Shown here piece after piece: positions 41,259 through 51,959 of a stretch of 64,000 nucleotides of DNA. A program made the position numbers and the translations under genes. Source of the DNA: Paraspadella gotoi (Eukaryota; Animalia; Chaetognatha); the NCBI GenBank assembly GCA_051294375.1, contig CM119265.1, forward strand, positions 18,225,567 through 18,289,566, written 5' to 3'. The notes below the pieces were generated by a model. That model worked only from the letters and a program-made list of their open reading frames with translations. It did no database searches and was not told the origin of the DNA. Each line of letters starts with the position of its first letter. Position 1 is the stretch's first letter.

Positions 41259-41603
41259 ATAATGGTCCTTTTATATGACATCGATATTTGAAAATTAAAA
41301 TATTTGTTTATTCGTTCAAGAAAATTAAAATATTTGTTTATTCGTTCAAGAGGCAATATAAATTTGTTAAAAAACTCAAATTTGATTGTCATTTTCTTTG
41401 CTATATTATATTATATAGAACAGAATAGCCACATTGATATGTATGACAACGAAATTTTATAATATGTTATTAGATTTGCACGTCATGATTATATTTAATC
41501 TAGAATTAAACAGGAGTTCAAGAAAAACTTTGTCCAACTCTAACAAACTTTATAACTAGCAGTATTATAGCTTTCTCTCTCTCTCTCCCTCTCTCTCTCT
41601 TAC

Positions 41604-41789
41604 CTTCTCGTAAGAGAACATGGTGGAGACGGGATAGTTGCCGACGTCGTACGATATGCGGATTCGTCCGCGGAAAAGCTCGACGGCGAGATGGTCGCGC
41701 TCCCCGTTGTAGAGGATGATCCCGTTTTGCTGTCGAGTGGCGAAGGTCATGGTCACGTTGCCGAAAGGCTTCGTCGGGAGGCGGTTCAT
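41604..41789 (-). CDS. slit: slit exon: laminin G domain
   Basis: cag|MNRLPTKPFGNVTMTFATRQQNGIILYNGERDHLAVELFRGRIRISYDVGNYPVSTMFSYEK|gtaag; 186 nt. Confidence 0.93.
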
Positions 41790-42072
41790 CTGAGGGAAGA
41801 GGATAAGGGCAGAATAGCTGAGTCGAGGGAGTGGCTTACCGGCTATTGGCTTGCCAGTATCTTTTGTTCCTTTATACTAGATTTAATTCTAATCTTAAAC
41901 CAAATTCATAACATATTCCCTAATCCTAATCTTTAACCCTAATCTCTAGCCGTAATCAGTTGTTGTTATGGAAATTGTACAACCAATATAAAAATTATCT
42001 TGAAGAGGCTGGTTTTACAGGGCGCCACATCCGCAAGCGGTGTCACCTCGTGGCGACAGCGAGACAGCATGT

Positions 42073-42154
42073 TCATGTAGTCCAGAGCTTTGGAATCTGG
42101 CAGTAGGCCCATGCCTACAGGCGGGTTACCCGGTCCATCCCACTTTCTACATGA
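42073..42154 (-). ncRNA. Twister ribozyme type P5 (copy 2, in the 3' LTR)
   Basis: Same fold as 3887-3967 with one extra base at the P4/L4 junction. Predicted cut at 42128/42127. Confidence 0.72.
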
Positions 42155-42419
42155 CAACCTCAGGGCTCGAACACGGGACGCACATTGGGATGGTGCATTA
42201 GAGCCACTGAGGCGCTGCGAAAGAAACAGCTTTAATCCATCTGTGGTGATAGGACCACCAGACAGCCGCCCCAGGACTCTCGCATATGAGAGTACGAAGC
42301 AGGGGGATGAAGCGGCCATGTCTCTCCGCTGAACCTCTCTTCATTCTGGTGGCCTTGCTTTGAGTGGCAGCTGCGTAGCTCAACCACATCAAAGGGCAGA
42401 GGAGTATTATCATGCCGGT

Positions 42420-42451
42420 GGTTGCATGTTCGTATCACGTCGGGCTCACCA
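42420..42451 (-). other. Primer-binding site complementary to the tRNA-Trp 3' end, extended to ~32 nt
   Basis: Plus strand GGTTGCATGTTCGTATCACGTCGGGCTCACCA resembles the metazoan tRNA-Trp(CCA) 3' end (GGTTGCGTGTTC(A/G)AATCACGTCGGGGTCACCA, from memory), including CCA. The 18-nt core is 42434-42451. Confidence 0.8.
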
Positions 42452-42525
42452 TTGAAGAGGCTGGTTTTACAGGGCGCCACAACCCGCAGCGGTGTCACCT
42501 CGTGGCGACAGCGAGACAGCGATGT

Positions 42526-42607
42526 TCATGTAGTGCAGAGCTTTGGATCTGGCAGTAGGCCCATGCCTACAGGCGGGTTACCCAGTCCCATCCCACTTTC
42601 TACATGA
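42526..42607 (-). ncRNA. Twister ribozyme type P5 (copy 3, in the 5' LTR)
   Basis: Same fold with one P4 mismatch and small changes in the L1/P1 region. Predicted cut at 42580/42579, 452 nt from the copy 2 site. Confidence 0.68.
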
Positions 42608-42799
42608 CAACCTCAGGGCTGCGAACCAGGGACGCACATTGGGATGGTGCATTAGAGCCACTGAGGCGCTGCGAAAGAAACAGCTTTAATCCATCTGTGG
42701 TGATAGGACCACCAGAAATCTATCATTTAATAAATAGCTATCTTGCCTCTTTGAACAGGCTTTTATATTGTCGTTTGTGATGGTATATACAGTGTATAT

Positions 42800-43015
42800 T
42801 ATACACACACCTCATGTCCACGATCGATCAGCCAATACCCATTGGCTCAGAGCGGGAACACGCCATCCAGGCTTTGTGTTCCATCCACGTTCTAACGACC
42901 GTCCTAGGCTTACCGCCCCAGTGCCTGAGGGCGTACGGAGGGTCGGAAGCCCCCAAAGCCAACAGTGCCCCATACTCAATTGTTATCACAGGCAAACCCG
43001 GCTGTTGCCATAACG
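42800..43015 (-). repeat. SINE-like interspersed repeat fragment in a slit intron
   Basis: GC-rich, non-coding, homologous to 21609-21667, ending in a (TG/TA) tail on the minus strand. Contains CCCTCC..CAGGCACTGGGGCGG, reminiscent of the Nin/Deu SINE domain (from memory). Confidence 0.45.
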
Positions 43016-43039
43016 TTGTCGTTTTTCTCTTCAAATCAC

Positions 43040-43108
43040 CTGAACGTGCGAATCACTCTCAATGAAAGCGACTGAGACGAGCCTTTCGCATCTTTTTTCC
43101 ATCGAATC
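43040..43108 (-). CDS. slit: slit exon: end of EGF6, start of LamG
   Basis: tag|(G)FDGKRCERLVSVAFIESDSHVQ|gtgat after removing one extra base from a homopolymer run. Confidence 0.8.
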
Positions 43109-43196
43109 CTATTAAATAAATATTATAATATTATAATTTTATTAATACTGTTCAATGTTAATGTTTATAAATTTAGTCTTACTCTTTCCGACTCAC

Positions 43197-43289
43197 CCGT
43201 TGAGCATTGGCACTGATACTCTTGGACTTTGGATTCGGTTGATAGCAGACCCCGTTGTTTTCGCAGTCGTGACGGACGCACGCAGACTC
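43197..43289 (-). CDS. slit: slit exon: EGF6
   Basis: cag|ESACVRHDCENNGVCYQPN..QEYQCQCST(G)|gtgag, with one apparent indel. Confidence 0.82.
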
Positions 43290-43361
43290 CTGGCGGACAT
43301 ATTAACGTAATATTAATTACCAAAAAATAACAATAAATAATAATGCGTAAATTATCGTTAC

Positions 43362-43433
43362 CTGAGGATAAGCTTGGCTCTGCAGAGGGGAATCTCGCAG
43401 TAGACGCCCGAAAAATCTCCCTCACACTCGCAC
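43362..43433 (-). CDS. slit: slit exon: end of EGF5
   Basis: aag|CECEGDFSGVYCEIP..YPQ|gtaac, with one apparent indel. Confidence 0.8.
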
Positions 43434-43624
43434 CTTGATAGAAGATTGGGTTTTATGTGTTAATTTAGCGATTTTTAATTACTGTTGTAAAAATGAACGA
43501 TGTAGATTTCGAATGGGATACTTATACCACGAGAAAGATTTATGTCAATGCAAGTATTGCTTATAAACAAAACATCCTGGGACAAAGCCCTCTCATTTAG
43601 TCGTCCCGTTGCACGCTACTCTAC

Positions 43625-43738
43625 CTGTAAGTATTGATTCCATCCACACACGAGGCTCCGTTTCTGCAAACGTGAGTTTCACAATCGTCGATGTTTACGC
43701 TGCAGTTTCGTCCGGCGAAACCAAGAGGGCACTCGCAT
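43625..43738 (-). CDS. slit: slit exon: EGF4/EGF5
   Basis: cag|[37 protein letters not shown]|gtag; 114 nt. Confidence 0.92.
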
Positions 43739-44186
43739 CTGTTTAAGATAACGAAGATGATTTGACGGTAAAAAAAATTATGCTGTCTCCAACCGAAAGC
43801 CATTGTCGAATGAAGAATGGATAATAGAGCATTGGGGAAAGAACCTGTTCCTAAAATTTCATAAATTTACCCCTTGCTCCAGAGTTGCCGCCTTTTTACG
43901 AATTTGTCATCTTTCCTAAATTTCACAGAATTTATTTTTTCGTTTTAAAATCTAAATTTTTTCACTTGTTATTTAAATTTTTATTTAAAAAACGATAACA
44001 ACTGCGTATGAACTTTCGTCATAAAACAAAGAAAAACGACAAAAGGAAGAAAAAGAAAAGTTTTGAAAAAATGGGGAAGACGAGAAACAATAAATCTCCG
44101 ACAGAAAAACATGAAAATAGCGGAGAAAAAGACGTTTTTGAATTTTCGCTAAAGAAAACGTGACTGTAGAGAGAGAGAAGAGAGAA

Positions 44187-44253
<67 letters not shown>

Positions 44254-44297
44254 AGAGAGAGAGAGGGAGAGAGAGAGAGAGCCCACGATGTGCTCAC

Positions 44298-44437
44298 TTG
44301 TAGTCCGTCTCCATGTCGATGCATTTGGCTCCGTTGACGCAAGGGTTGAAGTATTGAGAGCAGAAATCGATCCGCCTCTCGCAGTAAGGACCGGTGAAAC
44401 CGGGCGGACAGATGCAGGCGTACATCTCGATCAAATC
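44298..44437 (-). CDS. slit: slit exon: EGF3/EGF4
   Basis: tag|DLIEMYACICPPGFTGPYCERRIDFCSQYFNPCVNGAKCIDMETDY|gtgag; 140 nt. Confidence 0.92.
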
Positions 44438-44825
44438 CTAGAGGCAGATGGAAAGGGAGGGGTGACGAGAGACATTCTTGACGAATGAAGAAATGTTGTA
44501 GGATATGGATTTGCGGGTTGTGGAAGAGGATGTCGAGGATATGGAATATGATGCGGGAAAAAGGACCCTTATCCCAACTTCTTATTCAAATGCATTACGC
44601 ATTATCCTGAGGTATCGTTATCCAAAATATCATGGTAAATGTTTATGCAGATGAAGTCTTTAACATCGTTATCCGTCAAGTTCAATATGATTATCTATCT
44701 TCATCAACATCATTATTCATCGTCTGTAACATCCTACGTCTAAAACTTAAATCATCATCATCTTCTTAATCCATCTCCATCTTTTTCAACATCAATCTCC
44801 ATCATCTTCAACATCGTCCTCTCAC

Positions 44826-44942
44826 CTGGCAGGTGGCGTTGTTCATGCAGGCGTGGCCGAAACAGTCGTCGATGTTCCGCTCACATCTTTCGCCTTCGAA
44901 ACCCGAGGGACAGAGGCAGGAGAAACGCCCCTCCTCCAACAC
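44826..44942 (-). CDS. slit: slit exon: EGF2/EGF3
   Basis: cag|[39 protein letters not shown]|gtgag; 117 nt. Confidence 0.92.
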
Positions 44943-46661
44943 CTGGAGGAGGAGGAGGAGGAGGAGGAGGAGGAGGAAGAAGAATTGGAAGAAGCAGCAG
45001 GAGGAAAAGGAAAATAAGGAGGGGCTCTCAGATTAACGGTCCAGGGATTAACAAATCAAATTGTCTAGGAAAATTTAAAGTAAATATCCCTCTCTCTCAT
45101 CTCTCTCTCTCTCTCTCCTCTCTCTCCTCTCTTCTCTCTCTCTCCTTTCTCTTTGTGTTATTTCTCTCATTCTGTTTTCTCTTTCCTCAATCCTTCTCTA
45201 TCTCAATCTTTGTTCTTTTCTCCCGTCTCTCGCTCTCTCTCCCTCGTTTATCGTCGAGTTTTATATTTAAATTAAGTAGATATTAATGGAATCGCGTCTG
45301 GCTCTCGTTCTCTTTTTTTTACATTTAAAAAAGATAAAAATTAAAAGACAAAGTCTGAGAGAGAAACATGACAGACGAGGAGACTAATTTGCGTCGGGTT
45401 GAAACTCGAGAAATGGATGGAAAACATTTTCCATCAAATCGGGAGGAAAGAGGAGAGAAACAAAGAAGATCAACATTGGCGCGCAAATGGAAACGCCATA
45501 GTACGCGATGGAAGGAAACCCATAGTACGCGACTGTGGAGTAAAGAATAAAGATGTCAGGACGATTCATCTGTCGTGAAAGGGAGATGTCATTTCGATGC
45601 AATGGGATTCAGTCTGCGGTCTTTTTTTAGACTTTATGTCTTACGTTAAAGTCTTATATATTTTTTTTCTCGGAAATTTTGTACGAACATCCGTAAAGAA
45701 AAGAAAAAGGGAAAAGTTTTATGACCAAAACAAAGCGTAAATTGGAGGAATTAGGTTAGAGGCGATGACAACAAAAAATTTAAAAAAGAAAACGCAAATT
45801 CTATTACTCGTGAAGAAAAGAAAAAGTAGCATCGCCGATTCCGTCCAAATGTGTCCGACTCGAACTCGCGACCTTCGAAGTTACAAATACAATTAAGGAA
45901 AATGAAGCAATGAGGTTTAATCGTCCTAAAACCATCTCAGCGCAATCGTAGGCAGCGACACACAATGAAGACTACGATGACGACGATGGCGACGACACCA
46001 TTTACAAAGACGACATTAACGACGACGACGACAACGACGACGATCACGAAGGCGTCATCTTGACAATCGCGTCTGGTCGTCCTTTTCCTCGTCACCTCTT
46101 CCATCTTCACGTCATCCGTTTAGACGCCGTCGGTAAGGAGCGTCTCGCGTAACCGTAATGGACCCTTCCGTGAAGAGGCCAGCTGTTTGCACTTTTTTTC
46201 TTACAGTCAACAAACGCATAGAATCAGTTTTTCTCTTTTTCTGTGATTTGACTGGATTTGAGAGTCAATTTAATGTCAAATAATTTCAAAGGGTGGAACG
46301 GCATTCCAGGAGAAAAAAAAAAGATTGTACTTCGATTTAACAGCAAAATCCGACGTTTGCTGTCGCATTTAGCTAAAGCAAAGTATCGACTCCTTTGTTT
46401 GCGTCAAAGAATGCAAACGAAGTTTCTCGCGTACAACTTAAAAAAAAAAAAAGAATCGAAGAAGAAAACAAGATCAAGTAAGTCAATGAGTCGGTGACCT
46501 TAAACGCGAGGTCACGGACAGTCTTCAATTATCCGGACCCTGTTCGGATTTAAAGCAGGTAAGACGGTTGCCTTCTTTCCCTCCCGTTTAGAGCAAAAAC
46601 TCAGCCAACTCTCGCTCTCTCACTCTTTACTCCTTACCTTTCTCAACCCCACCCTCCTTAC

Positions 46662-46754
46662 CTTGCAACTGCCTCCGTGATCGCAGGGATTTCCATAACA
46701 CGCGTCGATCACATCCTCGCAGTGAGGTCCGTGGAATCCCGGCGCGCAGGTGCA
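46662..46754 (-). CDS. slit: slit exon: EGF1/EGF2
   Basis: cag|CTCAPGFHGPHCEDVIDACYGNPCDHGGSCK|gtaag; 93 nt. Confidence 0.92.
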
Positions 46755-46959
46755 CTGAAAAAAAAATTGGATTGATTGATTGATTGATACATTGATTCAA
46801 TGTTTCATTATTCATTGATTCATTATTCATTGATTCATCAATAATTCATTAGCACCAAAAAAAAAATATGAGAAGAAATCGATATGAGCAAACCATAATT
46901 TTAAAACTAATTCTTCAAAATAAAAAAAAACCAAATAAAATAGAATAAAATCTTTAAAA

Positions 46960-49285
46960 CGGAACAAGTTTTTTTTTCTTTCCTTCACATTTGGAAGAGA
47001 GTAGATTTTAGCTTGTACGAGAGCTTGGTATTCTTGTAGTTCGATCGCGGCAGGACATTATTATTCGAGTATGAGCGAATGCTTATATATATTTCATATT
47101 TGTATTAGAATTCCGATTATGTTCTGATCAATGTTCTTCCTCGTTAGACACTAATGCCTCTTATTGAAGTTGGCAGTGGCTGCACAGAAAAGGTTAAAAC
47201 CAGTACGAATTGGAGAGGCATCCCCGACCCTTTTTTTCCAGAATTTTCGTGGCCTTATCTCCATACGGCCGTTTCTCATAAAATTCACTTACGCCCGCTC
47301 CACCAACCCGCCTTCCCATGCTTTCCCTACGGCCTTCCACCACAGTATTATCCTTCGCACAACCTCATAGCTTATAATTGCTTCAGTATTGAGGACAGTG
47401 GCGCCATTTTGGAGGGCGAGAAGCGTGCTAGGTGTCGTTTTGGCATCACGCGGTCGTCGTCCGGCGCGCGTGCAGGCATGCTCCAAGCACTGAATTATGC
47501 AAATGACGGGAAGTTCGGGGCCAGAGCTCGGGGGGGGTGTCGGCCGCGGCGTGTCGGGGAAAAAAAAGAAAAATAAGAGAAATAAAAAGGAGAGTACAGG
47601 GAAGGGTTGGCGTGGCGAGGGTGAGGAATTAAGGGGTGGGGTAGAGGGGGGAGGGGCGGTTATAATTATTTTTATAACTTAAGGGGGGGAGGAAGAAAAG
47701 AAAAGCGAGACAGCAAGCCGGGGGGGATTTCTTATTCTTTTTTCTTTTTTTTTTGGAACGGGGCGGCGTGATTGTTTGCTTGTGAATACGCGATTAAGTG
47801 GTATGGCGATGGACTCGTTGAAAGATGGATGTTGATACATTATGGCAGATTATGCGAGAGGGAATGAGGTGATAGATGAACACGCAGGCGACTTACTAGT
47901 AATAGAGAGTCGGAAGAGAAGAAAAGAGGAAAGATAGGGAAAAAGAGAAAGGGTAAAAAGGAAAGAAGAGCAGAGAGAGAGAAGAGAAGGTAGAGAGAGA
48001 GGAGAGAGAGAGAAAGTAGAGGAGAGAGAGAGAGGAGAGGTGATGGCAAGCGAAACGGCTAATGGGTTCGTCATGGAAGAAATAAAGCAATGGCTNNNNN
48101 NNNNNNNNNNNNNNNNNNNNATTGGAATCACGAGTGCCAAGCGTGTTTGAACAGTTATTCCGTTTCAAGTTTATTTAGAGATAGATTTTGAGCTTTACAG
48201 AGCTTGGTATTCTTGTATGTTCGATCGCAGGCAGGACATTATTATTCGAGTAATGAGCGAATGCTATATATTATTTCATATTTGTAAATTAGAAATTCCA
48301 GATTTGTTTCTGAAATCAATGAAAAAATTGGTTCTTCCTCGTTAAGAAAACACTATGCTCTCTTATTGAAGTATGCAGTGCTCACGAAAAAGGTTTAAAC
48401 CAGTCGATTGGAGAGGCATCCCGCACCCTTTTTTCCAAATTTCGTGGCCTTATCTCCATCGCCGTTTCCATAATTCCCTTACCCCCTCACCGAACCCGCT
48501 TCCCTGCTTTCCCTACGGCCCTTCCAACCACAGTCTATCCTCCACACTCAATAGCTTATCAATGTGCTCAGTCATTGAGGCACAGTGGCCGCATTTTTGG
48601 GCAGCGGCGAAAGCGTGTAGGTGTCGATTTTGGCCATCACCGCGCGTCGGCGGCGTCAGGCATGCTCCAAGCATGAATTATGCAAATGAGCCGGGAAGTG
48701 TTCGCTGCCCAGAGCCTGGGGCGGCGGGTGTCGGGCGCGGCAGCGGTGTGGGAAAAAAGAAAATAAGAGAATAAAAAAAGAGAGACAGGGAAGGGTTGGC
48801 GTGGCGAGGGTGAGGAATTAAGGGGTTGGGAAGAGGGGGGGAAGGGCGTTATAATTATTTTTATAACTTAGGCGGGGGAGAGAAGAAAATAGAAAGCGAG
48901 ACAGCGACCCGGGGGCTTTTCTTTTTTTTTTTCTTTTTTTTTTGGACGGGGCGGCGTGATTGTTTGCTTGTGAATGCCGATAACTGGATGCGATGATCGT
49001 TGAAAGATGATGTTGATACATTATGGCAGATTAGGAGAGGGAAGGAATAAGAGAAGCGAGGGCTGATAGAGATGAACAGGCGAGGAACCTTATATAACAG
49101 GGGAAAGATAGGAGAAAAAAAGAAAAAAGAATAGAGTAGAGAGAGAAGAGAAGAGTAAAAGAGGAAGAGAGACGAGAGAGAGAGAGAAGGTAGAGAGAGA
49201 GTGAGAGAGGAGAGAGAGAGAGGAAGAGTGTATGCACGAAAGCGGCTAATGGGTCGTCATGGAGAAGAAATAAAGCAATGGATTC
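46960..49285. repeat. Tandem duplication (~46960-48095 vs ~48150-49285) across a 25-N gap; probable assembly artefact
   Basis: Two colinear copies with dense indel differences. A second ~450-bp tandem pair follows at ~49285-49730 and ~49735-50130. Confidence 0.85.
47364..47489 (-). CDS. slit: slit exon: LRRCT end and first half of EGF1 (error-ridden; second copy at ~48547-48673)
   Basis: cag|TGC TTG GAG CAT.. ..TAT GAG|gt. The consensus of the two copies reads approximately VMAKCDTCYASPCQNGATC..SYE, which is the segment otherwise missing between the 51589 and 46754 exons. Confidence 0.65.
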
Positions 49286-50173
49286 TAAGAAAATTTTACC
49301 GAGATTTAATCTTCAACGAGGAAACTTTAAAGGTGAAATGTAAGAACCGTGCATAGCAACTTTAGCCAGATCGACCTTTTCTCTCCTAATAATCAACATA
49401 CGCCGCACAAATCCCACCATAATCGATGAACCCACAAACCGGAACTCAATTTTTTCATAACGATCGCGGTTTCAATAAAACATGAGTCCGAATGAGAAGC
49501 GTCGGGAGAATTGGAGAGGATCCGACGAGTTTTGTCAAGCATCAGCATGGATGACTCGCAGTTTAAAATCAAAATTCATCTATCGGAGGGCGGGGGGGGG
49601 GAGAATGAGAAAGAAGACAGGGTGTTGGGCGAGTGAGAGAGAGAGACAAAGGAGCGCGACGAGCAACCAAGCCGTTCTGCGAATCTGTCCACTCTCCCGT
49701 TACTAAACAAGATTCGCGTTGTTCATACAATGCGATCTAAAAAATTTCACGAGTTAATCTTAACGAGGAAAACTCATTAAGTGAAATGTAAGACCGTCAT
49801 AGCACTTACCTCCCTTTTCTCTCTAATATCAACAACGCCCACAAATGCCCACTAATCGATGAACCCACAAACCGGAACTCAATTTTTTTCATAACGATCG
49901 CGTTTCCATAAAACATGAGTCCGAATGAGAGCGTCGGGAGAATTGGAGAGGCCGACGAGTTTGTCAACATCAGCATGGATGACTCCAGTTTTCAAAAATT
50001 CATCGGAGGGCGGGGGGGGAGAATGAGAAAGAGACAGGGTGGGCGAGTGAGACAGAGAGACAAAGAGCCCAAGAGCACCAACCTTCTGCGAATCTGTCCA
50101 ACTCCCGTTACTAACAAGATCGCGGTTGTTCATCCCGAAGGACTAACTTTTTTAAAGTACGAATTTTTATGTT

Positions 50174-50254
<81 letters not shown>

Positions 50255-51126
50255 TCTTACACTCTCATTTTCAATCATCTCTCAAGCTCCTCAGCCATTT
50301 ATCATTCGCTTGTCTCATCTCACCTCTCACACTTTTTTCTCTCGCTGACGATTCTCTCTTTCACGATTCACATTCACACCATGTCCGCATTTCTCTTTAT
50401 CGTTCACATCTCATATTCTCTCGCCACAGTTTTTTTTTCTTCATTCCGTTCGCGACAACGTAAGGAGCTTCCTAAAAAGTCGTATCAATACAAACTTATG
50501 TCACTTTTTAAAGTTGTGTCGCTATTTCTCTTTCCGTGTGTTGAACAAACAAAAAAACAACTTTTATTATTATCATTATAGGTTTTTTAAATCGTTATAT
50601 TCTCATTTATTTTATCAATTAAATTAGCTTGTTTTGCTTGTTTTGCTTGTTTTAACTTTAAATAAAAAAAATAATTTAAGTGGCGATGAGAATTTCAAAG
50701 CTCTGTCAGCCGAGAAACCGCTTGGGAAAGCATTGGCAATGAGACAATGCTAGAAAAAGTGTCTTATACTTTAATTCACAGTCAAATAAAAATCTGGAAA
50801 ATAATTAATTAAGTTTCATATGTTCGTTAATATTAGAAGGTTTTTAACTTTTTAAATGCAGCTTTTCTTTACGTTTATCTTTACGTAATTCTTTTACCAA
50901 TTGCATCGGATTGCGGTGATGTACATTGTAAAACCCTGGTCACTTACACTAATTCTTTACAAGTTATACATTCCGAAACCTTTAAAGCCGTAAAAAAAGA
51001 ACAAATCCCAAGAGACGACGTGGGAATCGAAAAGGCGGATTCACCGGAAGACAGAGAGATCTCACGCGCCGAGGAGATAAAAGAGACTAAATTGGGTAGA
51101 GAGAGGAAAATTGGAATAAAAGAGCG

Positions 51127-51187
<61 letters not shown>

Positions 51188-51470
51188 GAAGAAGAAAAGG
51201 AGAGAGAGAGAGAGAGAGAGAGAGACCTAAAGACACAGAAAAGTGAAAACGAAAAAGAAAACGAGATAGAGGCGAGAAAAAAAGTTATTGAATTTCTTTC
51301 TTTCAATTAACTTTTCTTTTTTTTTCTCTCTCCTTTTATCCCAATTCCCTTTTTTTTTCTCATTTTCTTTACTCTCTTTTTTTTTCGTTTTGTTTCTTCG
51401 TTTTGTTTCGATTCTTTCTTATCGAAAATGTTGCCACATTCGCGAAGGCCTTTTGTCGAGAGCAGCGTCA

Positions 51471-51503
<33 letters not shown>

Positions 51504-51588
51504 AATGATGATGATTTGACAACGTGATGCTGATGATTATGATTTTATGATGACTTTGAATAGCAAAAAATTAGGAGCAAAGCCTCAC

Positions 51589-51664
51589 CTGAAAATAGAC
51601 TGACGGCGTCATGTAGAATGAGTTTTTCCCTCATGATCGGAGGCCCGCTGCATCTCCGCGATTC
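51589..51664 (-). CDS. slit: slit exon: LRRCT of domain 4
   Basis: cag|(G)IARCSGPPIMREKLILMTPSVYFQ|gtgag after removing two apparent single-base insertions. Confidence 0.78.
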
Positions 51665-51907
51665 CTGGAGGAGAAGGGACGCTCTCGATAAACAGCACTC
51701 GCAGCACTGGTTATCAAATTGTGCTTTCTCTTTATCCAATTCTTGCTACGTGAACGAGGGTGACCTCGTTGCTCTTGCGATCTTCGCCCGTGACACTCTA
51801 TCATTTTTTATATTTATAATAATTATGACATTTTTTTGTCATTACATTCCATTGAGCCTTTCTAATATCTTAGAGTCTCTCTCTCCTCTCTCTCTCTCCT
51901 CTCTCTC

Positions 51908-51959
<52 letters not shown>

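Larger units (their letters stand above)
42001..42716 (-). mobile_element. Non-autonomous LTR retroelement (TRIM/retrozyme-like) with a twister ribozyme in each LTR
   Basis: Direct repeats 42001-42262 and 42453-42716 (~263 bp) flank a 190-bp non-coding internal region. On the minus strand the 5' LTR ends ..CTCTTCA and is followed, after 1 nt, by PBS TGGTGAGCCCGACGTGAT. ATCT at 41997-42000 and 42718-42721 is a probable TSD (one extra A). Confidence 0.85.

Noticed and set aside
42205-42320. Hammerhead, hairpin or HDV-like ribozyme in the LTR element
   Set aside because: CTGAGGC..CGAAA lacks A9 and stem II, AGAAACA has no loop-B partner, and GG-stem-ACGAA lacks matching P1/P2/P3. Only the twister fits completely.
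42420-42451. tRNA-Trp gene
   Set aside because: Only the 3' part is present, it includes an encoded CCA and abuts the LTR. This is a PBS, not a gene.
46960-50130. Duplicated or mutually exclusive slit EGF1 exon
   Set aside because: Both copies are error-ridden versions of the same sequence, including intronic flanks, on either side of a 25-N gap; most likely an artefact.
43040-51664. slit pseudogenisation or programmed frameshifting
   Set aside because: The frameshifts are single-base indels, several in homopolymers, in visibly unpolished sequence. Splice sites and conserved residues are intact.
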